Positions 21,537 through 36,554 of a DNA stretch of 64,000 nucleotides are shown here, one piece after another (the stretch's first letter is position 1; the number at the start of each line of letters is the position of its first letter). The DNA comes from the human T2T-CHM13v2.0 reference genome, Homo sapiens: the NCBI RefSeq assembly GCF_009914755.1, contig NC_060928.1. One strand, written 5' to 3'. A model generated the notes under the pieces. That model saw only the letters and a program-made list of their open reading frames with translations, was not told the DNA's origin and did no database searches. A program made the translations under genes and the position numbers.

Positions 21537-22304
21537 CTGAAGGGGTAGAACATATACATGCATAATGATTATTAAAACGCATATTAAATCAGACAAGCTT
21601 TAAAATATAAACTGATTTTTCACTGGCCTCCATCTACACTTTAATAAAAGTTATATATATACACACAAAACACTGATTAATTTATATGGCTGATCATCTT
21701 TTTATTTTTTGAGACCTGTCTTGCTATCAAACTGAGACCAGTTTAAGGGCTGGTCTCAAACTCCTGGGCTCAAGTGATCCTCCCGCCTCCTCCTCCCAAG
21801 TAGCTGGGATAATAGGCATGCACCAACCACTGCACTCAGCTTGATCATCCATCTTTTAAAAATCTTAACTGGCCTAGGTGGAAGGATCACTCTAGTCCAG
21901 AAGTTTGAGGCTACAGTGAGCTATAATCATGCCACTGCACTCCAGCCTGGGCAATACAGCAAGATCCTGTCTCTTAAAAAAAACGACAACAAAAAAAAAA
22001 CACTAATTATGTCAAATTCTTAAACGGAGGTTTTTTGACACTTTGTACCAAAAAACAAGGGCAATGATTTATATGGTAGCTATTGTCACAGGATTCTTCA
22101 AGCTCCACTTAACAATGATTTATATGGTAGCTACTGTCACAGGATTCTTCAAGCTCCACTTAAGAATTCTGCGTAAGGCTGGGGGCCTGTAATCCCAGAA
22201 CTGGGAGGCCCAGGCAGGCCGATTGTTTGAGCTCAGGAGTTTGAGACCAGCCTAGGCAATTAGGCAACATAGCGAAACCATCTCTACAGAAAATACAAAA
22301 ATTA

Positions 22305-22515
<211 letters not shown>

Positions 22516-22638
22516 CTACGTAGTTTTACATTTTTATGCCTCACTTTCTCTGCATTAAAAAAGGATAATATTTAGCTCACAGGGTTATTCCAAGAAGTAA
22601 ATGAGTTGATTTATGTAAATTGCTTATAACAATGCCTA

Positions 22639-23020
<382 letters not shown>

Positions 23021-23570
23021 TTAGAGGTGAGGTCTTTCTCTCTGTCGCCCAGGCTAGAGTACAGTGGTGGGATCACAACTCACTGCAGCCTCCATCTCTT
23101 GGGCTCAAACAATCCTCCTGACTCAGCTTCCAAGTAGCTGGAACTAGAGGCGCACGCCACCATGCCCCGCTATGAAAACACCTTTATTAGTCTTTAGATG
23201 ACATAGAGGAAAAGACTAGGGGATTGACATTGATTCACTGTAACCTTGTGCTTATCACTTCCTTCTTTCTACCAAATATTCACTGAACACCAACCACAGG
23301 GGACTGTGCTAGTGCTCTTAGGGAAACATATTTGGACTACAGGTAGAGTCTTTCCTCAAGAAACTTTCACTTAAGACCTTATATTCTATCATCTCCATTT
23401 TCCTCATCCGAAAGAATAAGGGGTATATTAGATTTCACAAACAGGCATCAGAGGTCATGAGGTCTGGGAGATCTCTACTGAGGTAAATCATTTTTAAGAT
23501 TTCTTCCAGTCCAGTCTGTTCTACTCAGAGTCTGAGAACAATTTATGAAATTATATGCACGCTTTCCCTA

Positions 23571-23792
<222 letters not shown>

Positions 23793-24384
23793 TCAGGAGG
23801 CAGAGGTTGCAGTGAGCCAAGACTGCGCCATTACACTCCGGCCTGGGCAACAAGAGCAAAACTCCATCTCGAAAAAAAAAGACATGACTGAGAGGTCACA
23901 TTTTCTATGTGTATGTTTTTCCCATTTCATCTTATAAAGACATTCAATGACTTTTCTAAGGTCATAAAGCAAGAAAATAGCAGTCAGGGCCTGACTTGTG
24001 TTCTCCGCCTACAAATTCACATATTAAACACACACACGGAACATCACTCTATTTTAAGAATACAACCAGATTGACTGGGCATCTTTATTACTGTTTTTGC
24101 CAAAAGCAAGTCACAAAATTCTATGTATCAGAATCATATAATTTTGAAGCTGAAAGAGACTTGGAAGTATACTAGTGCTTTTACTTTAATTTCGAGAGTT
24201 CTGAGGCCCAGAGAGGTTAAGGGACAGGCCTAAGCCAATGCCTGACGTGGAACCAGGAACCAAGGGATCTCACTTCTAACTCAGAGCTATCTTCACCAAC
24301 TCAAACAAAAACAGATTTGAAGTCAAAACAGCAGCAACAAAAATCCCCATAAATGGCAAACAAATTTCATTTAAAACTACTGAC

Positions 24385-24506
24385 CTCCACTATTAACAAA
24401 TTGATGACGCCAACAGAGATAGGCAGAATCCAAGTGGAGTCGGGTGCAGTGAGGTCAGGAAACCACAGAATTCCACCAGTAGCTAACTGTTCCTGAACAG
24501 AAAAAC
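24385..24506 (-). CDS. COX18: COX18 exon 4 (122 nt; 125 nt from the alternative acceptor at 24509)
   Basis: Acceptor tttTAGCAG|GT. Encodes FSVQEQLATGGILWFPDLTAPDSTWILPISVGVINLLIVE (YidC/Oxa1 WxxDLxxxD motif). Donor GAG|GTCAGT, phase 0. Confidence 0.95.
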
Positions 24507-24856
24507 CTGCTAAAACAGTTTTATAAATAAAACAATAGAAGTCCTAAAAATAGCAGAGAAAAATATATAAGACATAAATAAGTAGTCTGACAATTCCAAT
24601 AAGGTGTCCCTCACAGGAAAGATCTGCACTGGATTTATTCCAGTTTTTCACGCACAATATATATATTTTTTCTCAATACAAAATGTTCACAACACAACCA
24701 ATCTGTTTACACTTAAGACTTTAAATTCTATACCCTTATAAGGAAGATAGTAAACATATCGTAATTATGAAAAGTATGCTTTGTTTTTTTTTTTTTTTTT
24801 TTTAGTACAAAGACAATGTTAGAGAACTTCTTTGGGAGAAGACATACAATAATTAC

Positions 24857-25020
24857 CTTCTGAATGTGCTGCCCCCGTGCTTAAATTCCGGAGAGCAAAA
24901 GACATGAAGATCCACATTGGAAGCTGAATCCAAACCAACACAGTGGCTTTGAAAGGGTGGCAGTTATCTCGCACATATAGCTCTGAAATTAGCCTCCTCA
25001 TATTCTTTAGATAAGTGAGC
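24857..25020 (-). CDS. COX18: COX18 exon 3 (164 nt)
   Basis: Acceptor caatctag|G. Encodes LTYLKNMRRLISELYVRDNCHPFK...IQLPMWIFMSFALRN (Oxa1 QxP motif). Donor AAG|GTAATT, phase 1. Confidence 0.96.
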
Positions 25021-27165
25021 CTAGATTGAGGTTGGGGGAAAAAAGGGGAAAGAGAAAATGTCATCTAAGAATCGTGCTTTATTTCCATAGCACAAATAGC
25101 GCCTGCTGTAGTTATTAGCTAAAGGATTTGTATAAGGGTTTCAGCTGTCACAGGCATGTTAAGGAGTTGCCTAAACAACAGGCAAATAAAGCCTTTTATC
25201 AAAACTTCTACAGTATGGTACACAAGTTACATAACAATCTGAAATTGTCAGACTACAGGCTTTGTCTCTGGTGGTCTTTGGCTGATTAGGCTTTAAAGGT
25301 AAATTTCACTACTGACATGGTATAACTACAATTAATATTGGAAATATGGAAGCTAAAAGCAAACTTTAATCAAATCTCTCCACTCCCGCCAAACTTAACC
25401 ACTTCATCCCTGAAGATACCTTTTGGAGCTATGTGGTTTTATACTGTGTATGCTCTTGGCCTGTCAAAATAGTCTCCATTTTTCAATCAACTATCTCACA
25501 AAGATATTTTTAATCTGTTTCTCTGTTAACCATATTAGTTACTACTGTTTTTTCCTGAAATTTTACTTTTTAGAATACAGTCTTCCTTCAGGTCCAAGAG
25601 AATAGGAGTTAAAAAACAAAAACTAAAGTATTCTTAGTTTAGGGGACAGTGTTCTATTTTATTCATCTTTAAATCTCCTGTATCATATATTTTGTACAGA
25701 GGAGGCATTCAATAGTTTTTCTGAATTTAGTCAAATTATAGTGTATAATAAGACAGTACACAAAGACATTCTAGGTCCTCCATAATTTCACATTTGCCTA
25801 TTCTTCCAATTTTATCTCGTTACTCCTCTAGACACCTGCATATTCTGGTCTGAATGACTTTAGTTCATCCAACAAATCAGACTTCCGCATAGGCATGCCT
25901 TTGGAAGTACTGTATTATATCATCTGTGTGGAAAGCCCACTTTCCTGGCTGTCCATCTGACACACCGTCTTTTACCCTTCAAGACTCAATACTATTGAAA
26001 ATGCAGGAAGCTGGCCAACACTGTGGCTTGCACTTGTAATTCCAGCTACTTGGGAGGCCAAAGTGGGAGGATTGCTTGAGGCCAGGAGTTTGAGATCAGC
26101 CTGCACAACACAGGGAGATTCTGTCTTGTTCAAAAAAACAAAAAAGAAAAGAAAAGAAAAGAAAATGCCAGAAGCCCTCAGATGTTTCCTCCTAGAAAGA
26201 AACATCTGTAAGGCTGTATCTGCACAACCATCCTGCCAGTACTGCTTAAGCAAGGTGCCACAAGTCTTATCTAGGCTGCGTTGATAACCCAGGCAAGCAG
26301 CTATTAATCTGGTTCTTTTGGCCTATGGCTGAAGCTTTCGACTTCTTTGATAAGTAAAATTTCAAACCTATAGGTCAACTTTTAATTTTTACCAAATAAA
26401 GACATTAAGCTATCACCACGATTTTTTAAAATGTCAGATCTTTTTAACACTAAATATAGGACACAATCTCGTATTAAAGATAGTTGGGAAATGTACAACT
26501 ATATAAAAATATATGGTTAATAATATACACATAACACAGATTGATACCACAAAGGCCTTTTTCCATTGCTGTAAAAAGGAGAATAATTTTTCGCAGTCTA
26601 GTAAGGATTAGAGTTTGGGAAACTGATTGAGGAGTTGATTGAAGCAAGAGGGCTTGTAAGTTCCCAGTGAATGAATGCAGACATCCTTGGGCGCAATCAA
26701 GCACCCTTAGATTGGGACTTTCCAAGAACCCAGGCAGACAACTGCACAGAATAACCACAAAGGATAGACAGCATCTTAGCTATCAAAGTGTTTCTACTGT
26801 GGCACTTGTTTTCTACCTCCTCTTTCCTGTAGGCTATTACCTGCTGTATCTTTTCCAAAAGGTCAAGATTGTAAATAACCTGTGTCATTTGTTGACCAGT
26901 ATCACAAAAGAATGGCAAAGTGCCTTCATCCTGTGAACCCTGCCCTGACCTTCCTTGATGATCTAGCTCCTTGTACATCATCTTTATATAACAGTTAGTT
27001 CACTGACATCATTATTTGATTACAGGTCTGTCTTTTTCAATAGGCTGGAATCCCTAAAGAATAGGAACATACTCTTCTTATCTTTATCTATTTATTTCTT
27101 TGCTTTCAGTCCAGCATATGAAACTATCATGCCATATTAATAACTTATGAAAATATAAAAGAGTA

Positions 27166-27612
<447 letters not shown>

Positions 27613-27643
27613 GTATGGTCTTACGTGGATATAATTAGCTTAC

Positions 27644-27744
27644 CTGGCATCTCTTTTGGACCACCCCAACTGATTTGCACGAACTGCAACTTCTTGGTTA
27701 AGATGCCTGGCAATAGTTTTTATTTCTGGCTGCAAATTTTCCAC
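27644..27744 (-). CDS. COX18: COX18 exon 2 (101 nt)
   Basis: Acceptor tttagctag|GTG. Encodes VENLQPEIKTIARHLNQEVAVRANQLGWSKRDA. Donor CAG|GTAAGC, phase 2. Confidence 0.95.
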
Positions 27745-28829
27745 CTAGCTAAAAAATAGGTTTTGTTATGAGCACATAAAGGATCTTTATTCATAATGAC
27801 TCATAATCTTTCACATTATTCCCTCGAGTCATTTAAAAATGTAGTTTACTGATCATATCAAGAAATCTTAATTCTAAGCACAAGATGTTAATTTGCTTAA
27901 AATGTCCTCAGTCACAACCAAATTCACAATGCATACTTATCCATGTGATCCTGTGCAAGTAACTTAACCTCTAAAATCATGTTCCCTCACATATAAAATA
28001 TATAACAGCACCTACTTCACAGGGTTACAAATATTAGATAAGAACTGCACCCTGGGCTTTACTGTTCCATCTCTACATTTCCTAGTAACGTAAGCGGAGA
28101 AAACAGCAGTTTGTTAAGAACCTTTAATACACTGTGATAGCCACAAATCAAAAGTAAAAATAGCATTTATTCCTGCCCTGTGCTCATTCTTCCTGTAAAA
28201 TGGCTCACTGCCTTAATGTTGCTGCTGATTCCGTTCCTGTTTTGTTTCCGGTTTTTTTTCCCCATGCTCACAACCTGAAAACAAGAAAGCCACTATTTTT
28301 GAAATATCCCATTTGAATAATCAAGCACTTTAACCCGTATTATCTGACTTGCTCTGATAACGCTGTGAAGTAGGCAAGGAAGGTACTGCTAGCCTGATTC
28401 CTCAGAAAAAAGGATTCAGCATTAAAAGGTCAAGTAACTGCGACCAACCAGACACAGTCTTAGTCGGGTCTGGAGAGGAAACAAGTTCGCAAACTGTTAG
28501 TCTAGTAGTTTCTTCCTAATAAGAAAGACCAGCTGGAATACTTTGGGACGAAAGACACTGCAGACATACTGGCTATTAAAACTTTTAAGACATAAATTTT
28601 GTAGGTTTCGCCAACACAATTTCTTCTGCGACTGATTTCTTTGTCTCCGTTCCCCGAGAGCAAGTATAGTAACCACTTGTGCTTGGAGCACAAATCCAGT
28701 AAGACAAAAGAAATGACAGGTACACGTGTCACAAAGTATCTTATTTAACACACCTAATGCTAGTTCAATTTTTTTTAACGCTAAAATGGTCACAATGAAA
28801 TGGTCACGATGATTAAACACTAAGCACTG

Positions 28830-29600
28830 CAGAAGGCAACATCGTGCGATCGAAAACCCTGAGTGAATGTCGGCCTTCCTCCGCCGCAGGGGTTGCAGCG
28901 CAGGGTACGCGCACGGCTCGGCGCCCCTCACCTTGGCCAGGATGTAGTGCTGGTAGGCTGCCAAAGGCAGCGTGACAGCACCCCGTAAGGCCACGGTGGA
29001 GAGCAGAATGCTGCCCCACCAGGGCAGGCCCGTGGCGGCGTGCACGCCGAGCAGTACTTCCTCCGCAACCCGCACCGGCGAAGACGCGGCCAGGGCCTCG
29101 TACCAGCCGTTCGCATGTACTGCAGAGACTGGTGCCACTGCCCACACTGGGAGAGTGGGGCGCTTGGCGCCGCTCGTAGGAACCGGCGCAAGCGGCAGGT
29201 CCCTAGCCCAAAGCTGCAGGGCAGGGAGCGGCCGCAGCCACCGACCGCCGAGCCGGCACAGCATTTCTGCACCACGGCGGAGCCCAGATCCCGGGCCTCA
29301 CAATCCAGCGGACATACACCGGCCAGCCAAGGCTGATACGCGCACGCGCCAGCAACAGCGGGCATAAAGCGCATGCGCGCCTGCCTGCAGCCGCGATTGA
29401 CCTTCCCAGTCAAGCCGGTGACGTCTTGCGTCGCAGTGGATGTGACGCAAGAGATAGGAAAGTCCCGCCTTTCCCACGCGGCACTGGACAGGCCTACTGC
29501 GCACACGCGAAAGTTTCCCGCTGCTAGGGTGTAGTTAGTCCGAGGCCGGACCAAAACTGCAGAGACATGGGTGGAGCCTGCTGCCCTCCGCCAGGCTGGG
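28830..29600 (-). promoter_or_regulatory. CpG-island promoter of COX18 with NRF1 and CRE/ATF motifs
   Basis: High GC and CpG density, no TATA box seen. Perfect NRF1 palindrome GCGCATGCGC at 29369-29378, TGACGTCT at 29419-29426, TGACGCAA at 29443-29450, and an NRF1-like TGCGCACACGCG near 29498. Confidence 0.85.
28932..29264 (-). CDS. COX18: COX18 exon 1 (mitochondrial Oxa1/YidC-family COX2 translocase), 111 codons
   Basis: ATG at 29264. MLCRLGGRWLRP... is an Arg-rich presequence, followed by the Oxa1/YidC-type motif GLPWWGSILLSTVALRG. Donor AAG|GTGAGG after 28932, phase 0. Confidence 0.96.
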
Positions 29601-31589
29601 TGTTCTTTAGGGAGCTCTCGCCTTGTAAAGTTCATCTACACCGTGTAACTTACCATTCTTTTTCACTAAAGCTAATAGTCATTTGTAGTGGAATTATCCT
29701 TGCTCGGTTTTTTGTGACCAGAAGCTGATCCCCAACCTCTTTACGTGCACCTGATTGCTTCCGTTAGCGATTACGATAGATTATCATACTCAAGAGTCAC
29801 ACGTTGCTAAAGTACCTGCTTGTAGAGAGACGCATGTTTCTTGCTGACTCTGAGTGTTAAGCACGAGGGATAGTTCAGTCTCTTGTAGATTTAATTGGCC
29901 CATCTGTTCCAGTTAGTATTTGGACCACCAACTGCAAACTGAATTTCTTCGGTGTTTTGTCTTCCATGATAAATAGCAGCAAAAATCTTATAGTAAAAGT
30001 ATCATCTCTTTATTTAAGGGAAACTATCACTGGCAGTACGGTGAATTCCTTGAGTTTACTTGTATCCTATATAAGCTTTAAAGAGCCTGAACAGCAGCAC
30101 TGGCTGTCTTCTGGTTTAAAGGAATACGTTGAATCTACATGGACTATATAGTTTTAACTTTTGTGTTCCTGGAAACAACAAAATGGAATGTTGTGGAGGA
30201 GTTTCCTCACCGAAGGGTCACCCCTAGACTACAGACTAAAATATGTTGTGAGGAGTAAACCTTGATTTTTATTTATTTATTTATTTACTTACTTAGGAAA
30301 AGAAGCCTCCAACAATGTTGGGTAATGTCAAACGCCAGCTATTGTTTGCCCTTCACTGTGCACCTAACCAAGGGTACCCTACGATAACTTTCTCAGGATT
30401 CTGGAATTCATCTGCTTTCCAAACTGACTGATAAATCTATACATGAATTTTTAAATGTGTTTAAACACACAGCACAACACACACTATATATAAACTTTTT
30501 CTAAAAGAAAAACCTACCAATCTATTTCTTTATCCATTTATTAAGCTAACAAAAAAGCCATCAGTTGCTACTGACTACTGTTCAGCTGTTCATAATCTGA
30601 ACAGAATTTTAAAGTTATTTTTGCTAGACACAGTGGATCACGCCTGTAATCCCAGCACTTTGGGAGGCCAAGATGGGAGGATACCTTAAGGGCAGAAGTT
30701 AGAGATCAGCCTTGGCAACATGGCAAGACCTCATCTCTACAACAAATACAAAAATCATCCAGATGTGGTGGCTTGCATCTGTGGTCTCAGCTACCAGGAG
30801 GCTAAGGCGGGAGAATTGCTTGAGCCCCCCGGAGTCCAAGGCTGCAGCGAGCAATGATCGAGCCAGTGCACTCCAGCCTGGGTAGCAACAAGATTCCCAT
30901 CTCTTTAAAAAAAAAAAAAAAAAGCAAGAAAAGAAAAAAAAAAAGCTGTAAGCTGTTCTTCAATTCCTAAGATTTAATTTTGTGGAGTTCTATCGGGGTC
31001 ACAAATGAGATTTCAGTGTTGGAACACATTTTTTGCTATACATTGTGTTCATATATTACATTCTTATTTTAAAAAGTATTTCCTTAAGTTTGAATATTGA
31101 TCTAAATAAAATTTATGAATATTTAGTTTCTGCTAATTTCATATATGTGTATAAACACATTTCTTAATCTATATAACAGGGATGACTAGAACTTGCTATC
31201 TACTTGGTAGAGGATGTTGGGGGAAGTAGTTGTCAATTTTAAAGCCCAATGCAAAAGAAAAGTGTTACTACTAATGTATAGGTACTGTTTATACAACATT
31301 GTGATTATTTTGTATCTTTTGTTTCAGAGTACAGTACAAAATGATCTACAACTATTGAGTGGACCAACTGAAATCATTTGTCAATCCTCTTTGCAAATGA
31401 ACTTGTGCAATGTATTAAAACATTTTTAAAAGTTCAACATTTATAATTAGCTTATTCCAGTCTTTGATATTAGTGTTATGTCAGTTAATTTCTCAACTTT
31501 AAATTCCTTAAGAAGAGACTACGTATTACATTTTCTTTCTGCAGTCTCTGTAATTCTTAACCATCATGGTGCCAAACACAGGAATGGAG

Positions 31590-32065
31590 CTTGCTATGGA
31601 CTGAATATTTTTGTCCTCCCCAGATTCTTTTTTGAAACCCCAAGGTGATGGTATTTGGAGGTAATTCGTCTTAAGGGTAGAGCTCTTGAATTGGGTAAGT
31701 GCCCTCATAGGAAGAAACAAGGCTGGGCATGGTGGTTTACACCTGTAAATCCCTGTGCTTTGGGAAGCTGAGTGGGGAGGATCACATGAACCTAGGAGTT
31801 TGAGGTTGTAGTGAGCTATGATCATGCCACTGCACTCCAGCCTGGGTGACAGAGATCCTGTCTCTTGGAAAAGACAAAAGCAAGATGACCTTTTTCTGCC
31901 CTACACAAAGAAACTGAAAAGGAAACAGCCATCTGCAAACCAGAGAAAAGGCCCTCAACAGAAACCATAAAGGCTGGCATGTTGACGTTAGACATTGTAG
32001 CTCTCAGAACTGTGAGAAACACATTCTGTTAATCTCCTCAGTCAACAGTATTTTTGTTGTAGTAG
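31590..32065 (+). mobile_element. MaLR LTR (MLT1A/MSTD-like) split by an Alu monomer at 31721-31875
   Basis: tgctatggactgaat...gccatctgcaaaccag...cagaactgtgagaaa. Confidence 0.72.
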
Positions 32066-32999
32066 CCTGAATTAAGTGCTGAAAATTTGAATATGGGGTG
32101 TAATTATCATGTAATCATTTAGTCTTCTCTTTTCCCAAATATGCCTTCTGAAATGTTTGTCAAACTAAATGACTGTAGCTTACTAGGGTATATATAAAAC
32201 AACAACAAAACACCTTTAAGAAATAAACTATTTCCATGAGCAATTGTTAGTGATCCCTTAGAATCAGATTAAGATTTCAGTTTTTCTTTCTTACTTAAGG
32301 CACTACTTCTCAAAACCAAAGCTACCTAATTTAGAATTGGCTTTTTTCTCTTTATTGAAAGACATCCCCTTGCCATCTTTCTTATTATTGGTTTTCAAGC
32401 ATTGAAAATGCAAAGTTGGCTTTTGTTTTTCAGAAGTGTGAATCCATTTAAAAGCAGAAGTATAATATGCAACCTCCTACACCACAGATATTAGGTTTGT
32501 ACTTTGTTACGTTACAAAGGTATTCTGTCAAAGCCACAGTAGCACATTTTCTTTTACACTTATCCAAAATTCAAGTGATATTTTTGCAATCAAGGTGTGC
32601 AACACATTAAGACTTATTAAAGCACTGATAATGCTCCCATCTTAAATTCCAGTCACCTGAGTTAATCAAATGCTGTGACTTAAGCAAGCATTTATCAATA
32701 GTATATGTATTTCCAAAGACATTAAGGAACATTCGGAATTTAGTGTCAAGGACAGCAAACATTAAAAGTGTAAGATATCTGCATAGATTCATTTACGTAA
32801 GTAAAATATACTGAGAATGGAATACTGAATTTCTGCTTATAGTGATTAAAAGCAGTGACTTGGTTGTTCTTTGCTATTTTAATCATTTTGAAATAATCCT
32901 GATTTTAAAATCTGTTATTAAAACAATGTTTTGGTACACTTTAAATGTTCTGTAATGCCAGATCTGTGGGAATAAGTGTTGTGAAAAACATCAACATGA

Positions 33000-35845
33000 A
33001 AATAGATTTAATAAACTAGAGGATCTGAAGAGATTTTATAACTTTGAGTTTTCCTGTTTAGTCTAACACTGTACTGTTTTAAAAATAAGTAATATAGGGT
33101 ACAAAATTTTTACAAAATGTGTATTTAGGTTATTTGAGTCAAAACACGGATGGACTATTATTTTTGTGAAGAACAAGACAGGATTAGTTAATAAGCTATT
33201 TACCTTTTCCAAAGGAGAAAAATGACTATACGTAGTCATTTACAAAAAAATTAATTTTCATGTATCAATAAAAATGACTTGACTTTTCAGTAATGGGAAA
33301 TAGGAGGGGAAATTTCTTCTTTATAAACAGTGAAGTCAGTGTTTGTAAATATGTTGATTATGTTGAAATGTATGTTGAAAAGGCATGAAATGTGGAATTT
33401 TGTTGGGAATGGATGGTATAAACTGATTATACAATAATTGAGATATTAACTACTTGGGGATTTAAGGTGTGAACTAACCCAAGTGTAATGTCCAAGAGTT
33501 AAATCATTTCTTAAAACAATGATGTAGTCTGCATATACACATACCACATATTTTCAAAATTAAAAAATAAAAGACCTTCATGGTCTCAAAAAGTTATGGG
33601 TTTTTTTATTGTTCAAATAAAAGTGCACTGCATTACATCTGAAATATAAAAAATGTATTTTAAAAATGTTCCTAGTACAGACTTCTAAAACCATGGTATT
33701 GTACTAAACAAGCCTGATCCCCAAGACTAAATACGGAGCATTTCAATCTATATCCCCTGGCCCCACAGGTTTGAAGTCAAGAAAATATAGGAGTTTTCCC
33801 CCTCCTTTTTAAATAAAATACCTCACCTAAGAAATTCAGTATTGTGAAACAACACAACTCATGTGTTGTAATAAATATTGGATAGCATCTGTTCTCCAGC
33901 AGGATTACCTTAAATAGAAAATAACCCTAGTTAACACAGGAAAGAATTAAGAAAAAAAATTTTATGTATAGAATAGTGGCAAGTCATATATAAAATACTT
34001 CGTTAAATAACATTATTACATCCCTTTTTTAGTAAAGTGCTATAATTTTATTTCATAGCTATATTTATTTGTAGGCTGTCTTTTAGCTCTCCCTTTAAAT
34101 TTGGGCATATTAAACATAGGTGGAAAAACAAATTTATATATTTTAAGACCACTTCTTAAACTAAAAGATATGAGTGTACTGTTTACAAATTTCTGGATAT
34201 GTTTGAGAAGTCATCTTTTTACTCTTTACTCAGGCTTTACTCTTTACTCAGATGGAAGAAATCATTTGATTTACTTGACAACCAAGGAACCATGTTAATA
34301 TCATCAACTCTAGGTGATTTATATGAATTTTAGTTAGTTTTTATGTTTTACCAGTGTGAAATTTTATGTCTAATTAAAAAAAAAGAAGACAAATTGATAT
34401 ATACATTACTCGATTTTTATGCTTACTTTCTTTTACATTTCAACCATATAATTAATTTTTCCATGAGACAGGGTAGGACACATAATCTTCTTGGATACAT
34501 TACTGTTTATTGTTTCAAGTGGATGGAATATATAAATCCCACTGAGTAGTTTAGTGTGGCCTTGTATCTTTTATAAACAGGTTAAATGGAGACTTTACAC
34601 TGTAATCTGTGTATTTATCTGTCTACCATAAATTGTCTTCATGACAAATGCAGAATTTCTTTTATTACTTGGCTCAAATTAACTGTTGATCCTTTTCACT
34701 GATAATATACAAGGGTAAAAAAGCAGGAAGCCTTTAAAATTGAAAAAAGAAATAAGATATTTTCCACTAAATTACTGAAAATTGAAATTTTTATGTTGAC
34801 TGTTGATGACTGAAAAGCCAATGTTAAGAATCAATATCATCCAATATAAAATAGTACATTGAATTATTTAATAAACAGAATATTAAGAGCTTGTATATGC
34901 TGACTGGGAACAGTGGTGGCTTTTTAAATTCTCAGAAAGTTTAAACATTTTATAATTAGAAGAAACCACTGGTGATGATGAAGATGGTCCATCTCTGTAG
35001 CAGCCATTACAGTGAAAATCTTGACAGAACCTTTTCACTATCAGAAAGATAATTTTACTGGTATTAGTGGTAAAGGTAAGGAGAGAAAAAGGAGTGAGGA
35101 GATAAGTCTGTATTAGTTTTAAAAGTGAGAAAAGGTAATAAAACAACATGGAAAAGCCAGAAATTTCTTCTTCTATATGTGCCTTGCTACAAATAAACCA
35201 AAAAGAAAGCAAGATGGGTATTTTAAAAGCCAATGTGGGGAAACATCCAATGATAATGCCCATTATTTTACTTTATACTTAAATTACACCAGTAGAAAAG
35301 TTATGCTTATTAATAGTTTAATGTATGAAGGAAACATCCAGATTTCTGAATATGAAGGTACATATCTCACATTAATTTAAGTCTACATAAAGTAGAGCCT
35401 CTATACTGACATATTGAAATTTACTTTCTGCTTAGCCTTTTCTGTTATGTAAACAATTGTACATTTATTTGCCATTCTAAAACTTCAGGATCAAGTTTAC
35501 ATAATTTTGCTAAATTTCCGTGTTTGCTCAGAAGCAGTTTACAGTACTAAAACCAACCAGCCAAAGAACAGCTTCAACAGAAAGTTATGTCCAAAGGGGA
35601 AGAGGGAAAGAAAAAAAGAAAAATGATAAGAAAAATGCTAACTAAGGTAAAACGGATGATGATGGGGAATGGGCAGTCACAAATGTTCACAGAAAATAGG
35701 TCAGTTAGTAAGATCTTCTGCAAAAAGCCTACACACTTCAGTCAAGCACATCAGTAGAATGATTTGGGAGCATAATTTTTTTTTTCGGCCACTTGTGATT
35801 TCCTCCAAATGAAAAGGAATCTGCAGGCTAACAAGCTGATCCTCA
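33000..35845 (-). other. ANKRD17: ANKRD17 3' UTR (AU-rich, repeat-free; end approximate)
   Basis: Follows the stop codon. About 3 kb with no Alus. Candidate minus-strand poly(A) signals near 34065, 33607 (AATAAA) and 33010 (ATTAAA). Confidence 0.6.
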
Positions 35846-35905
35846 TCAGCCAAGCTGGTTCATATGCACACTGTTCATGTGAGGTGCCCAGGGTCCAGTC
35901 CACAC
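35846..35905 (-). CDS. ANKRD17: ANKRD17 terminal coding exon
   Basis: Acceptor catag|GTG. Encodes VWTGPWAPHMNSVHMNQLG followed by TGA TGA. Confidence 0.95.
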   Translation of the reverse strand: MWTGPWAPHMNSVHMNQLG

Positions 35906-36554
35906 CTATGAATATAGAGCATGCATTTTACAAAATATATATCTAGCATATATTTTATTAAAATAAAACTTTTAAAAAACTAAGGAGGTACTCTTCAATT
36001 TGCAATATACTAGGAACTAATGGAAAAAAATGATAAAAACCTTTTTTCTATTATTTTCCTACCTCTTATCCCTCAAACAGAATCTGATTTACAACCTTTA
36101 AAAAAAAAATCATTACCTGAGCATTTATAGATTCACGGTTGTGGAAGAAAAATAAATCAAAGATATTAAACATACACTAAACTAAAATATACAACCATTT
36201 ATGTGAATTCTCAGAGTTATTTATAGTACCTTTAATAAATAACCTTTAGATGGTCTTTTCACACCACTAGTAAACTTTAATGTATAAAATCATATGACAG
36301 TCACTTTGCAACTTAAAATCTTTCATTTATTATCTGCTACCCAGTAGAATATACAATACCTTTCATAATTTTAGCCCCAAACCTGCCTTTGGTACCACTG
36401 CCCACAGCCCTCTGCTATATTGCAGCTATATTAGATTTCCTCAACTGCCCATATTCACCAAACTCTCTTGCTATCATGAGTTACCTGAATCCTATTTGTC
36501 TTTGCATTTCTTAAACACAAAACAACTGTTTATTCACTGAATGATCAGCCTCAC

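Noticed and set aside
28497-28931. 255-aa ORF extending COX18 exon 1
   Set aside because: It is read-through past a consensus donor into intron 1. The extension has no Oxa1 similarity.
28813-29635. Several overlapping 68-235 aa ORFs on both strands
   Set aside because: Expected from stop-codon scarcity in a GC-rich CpG island.
30260-30400. (TTTA)n tract possibly marking a minus-strand retro-insert
   Set aside because: No recognisable source RNA or TSD, so treated as a simple repeat.
34883-35263. 126-aa ORF in the ANKRD17 3' UTR
   Set aside because: U-rich UTR composition produces a hydrophobic pseudo-ORF with no recognisable domain.
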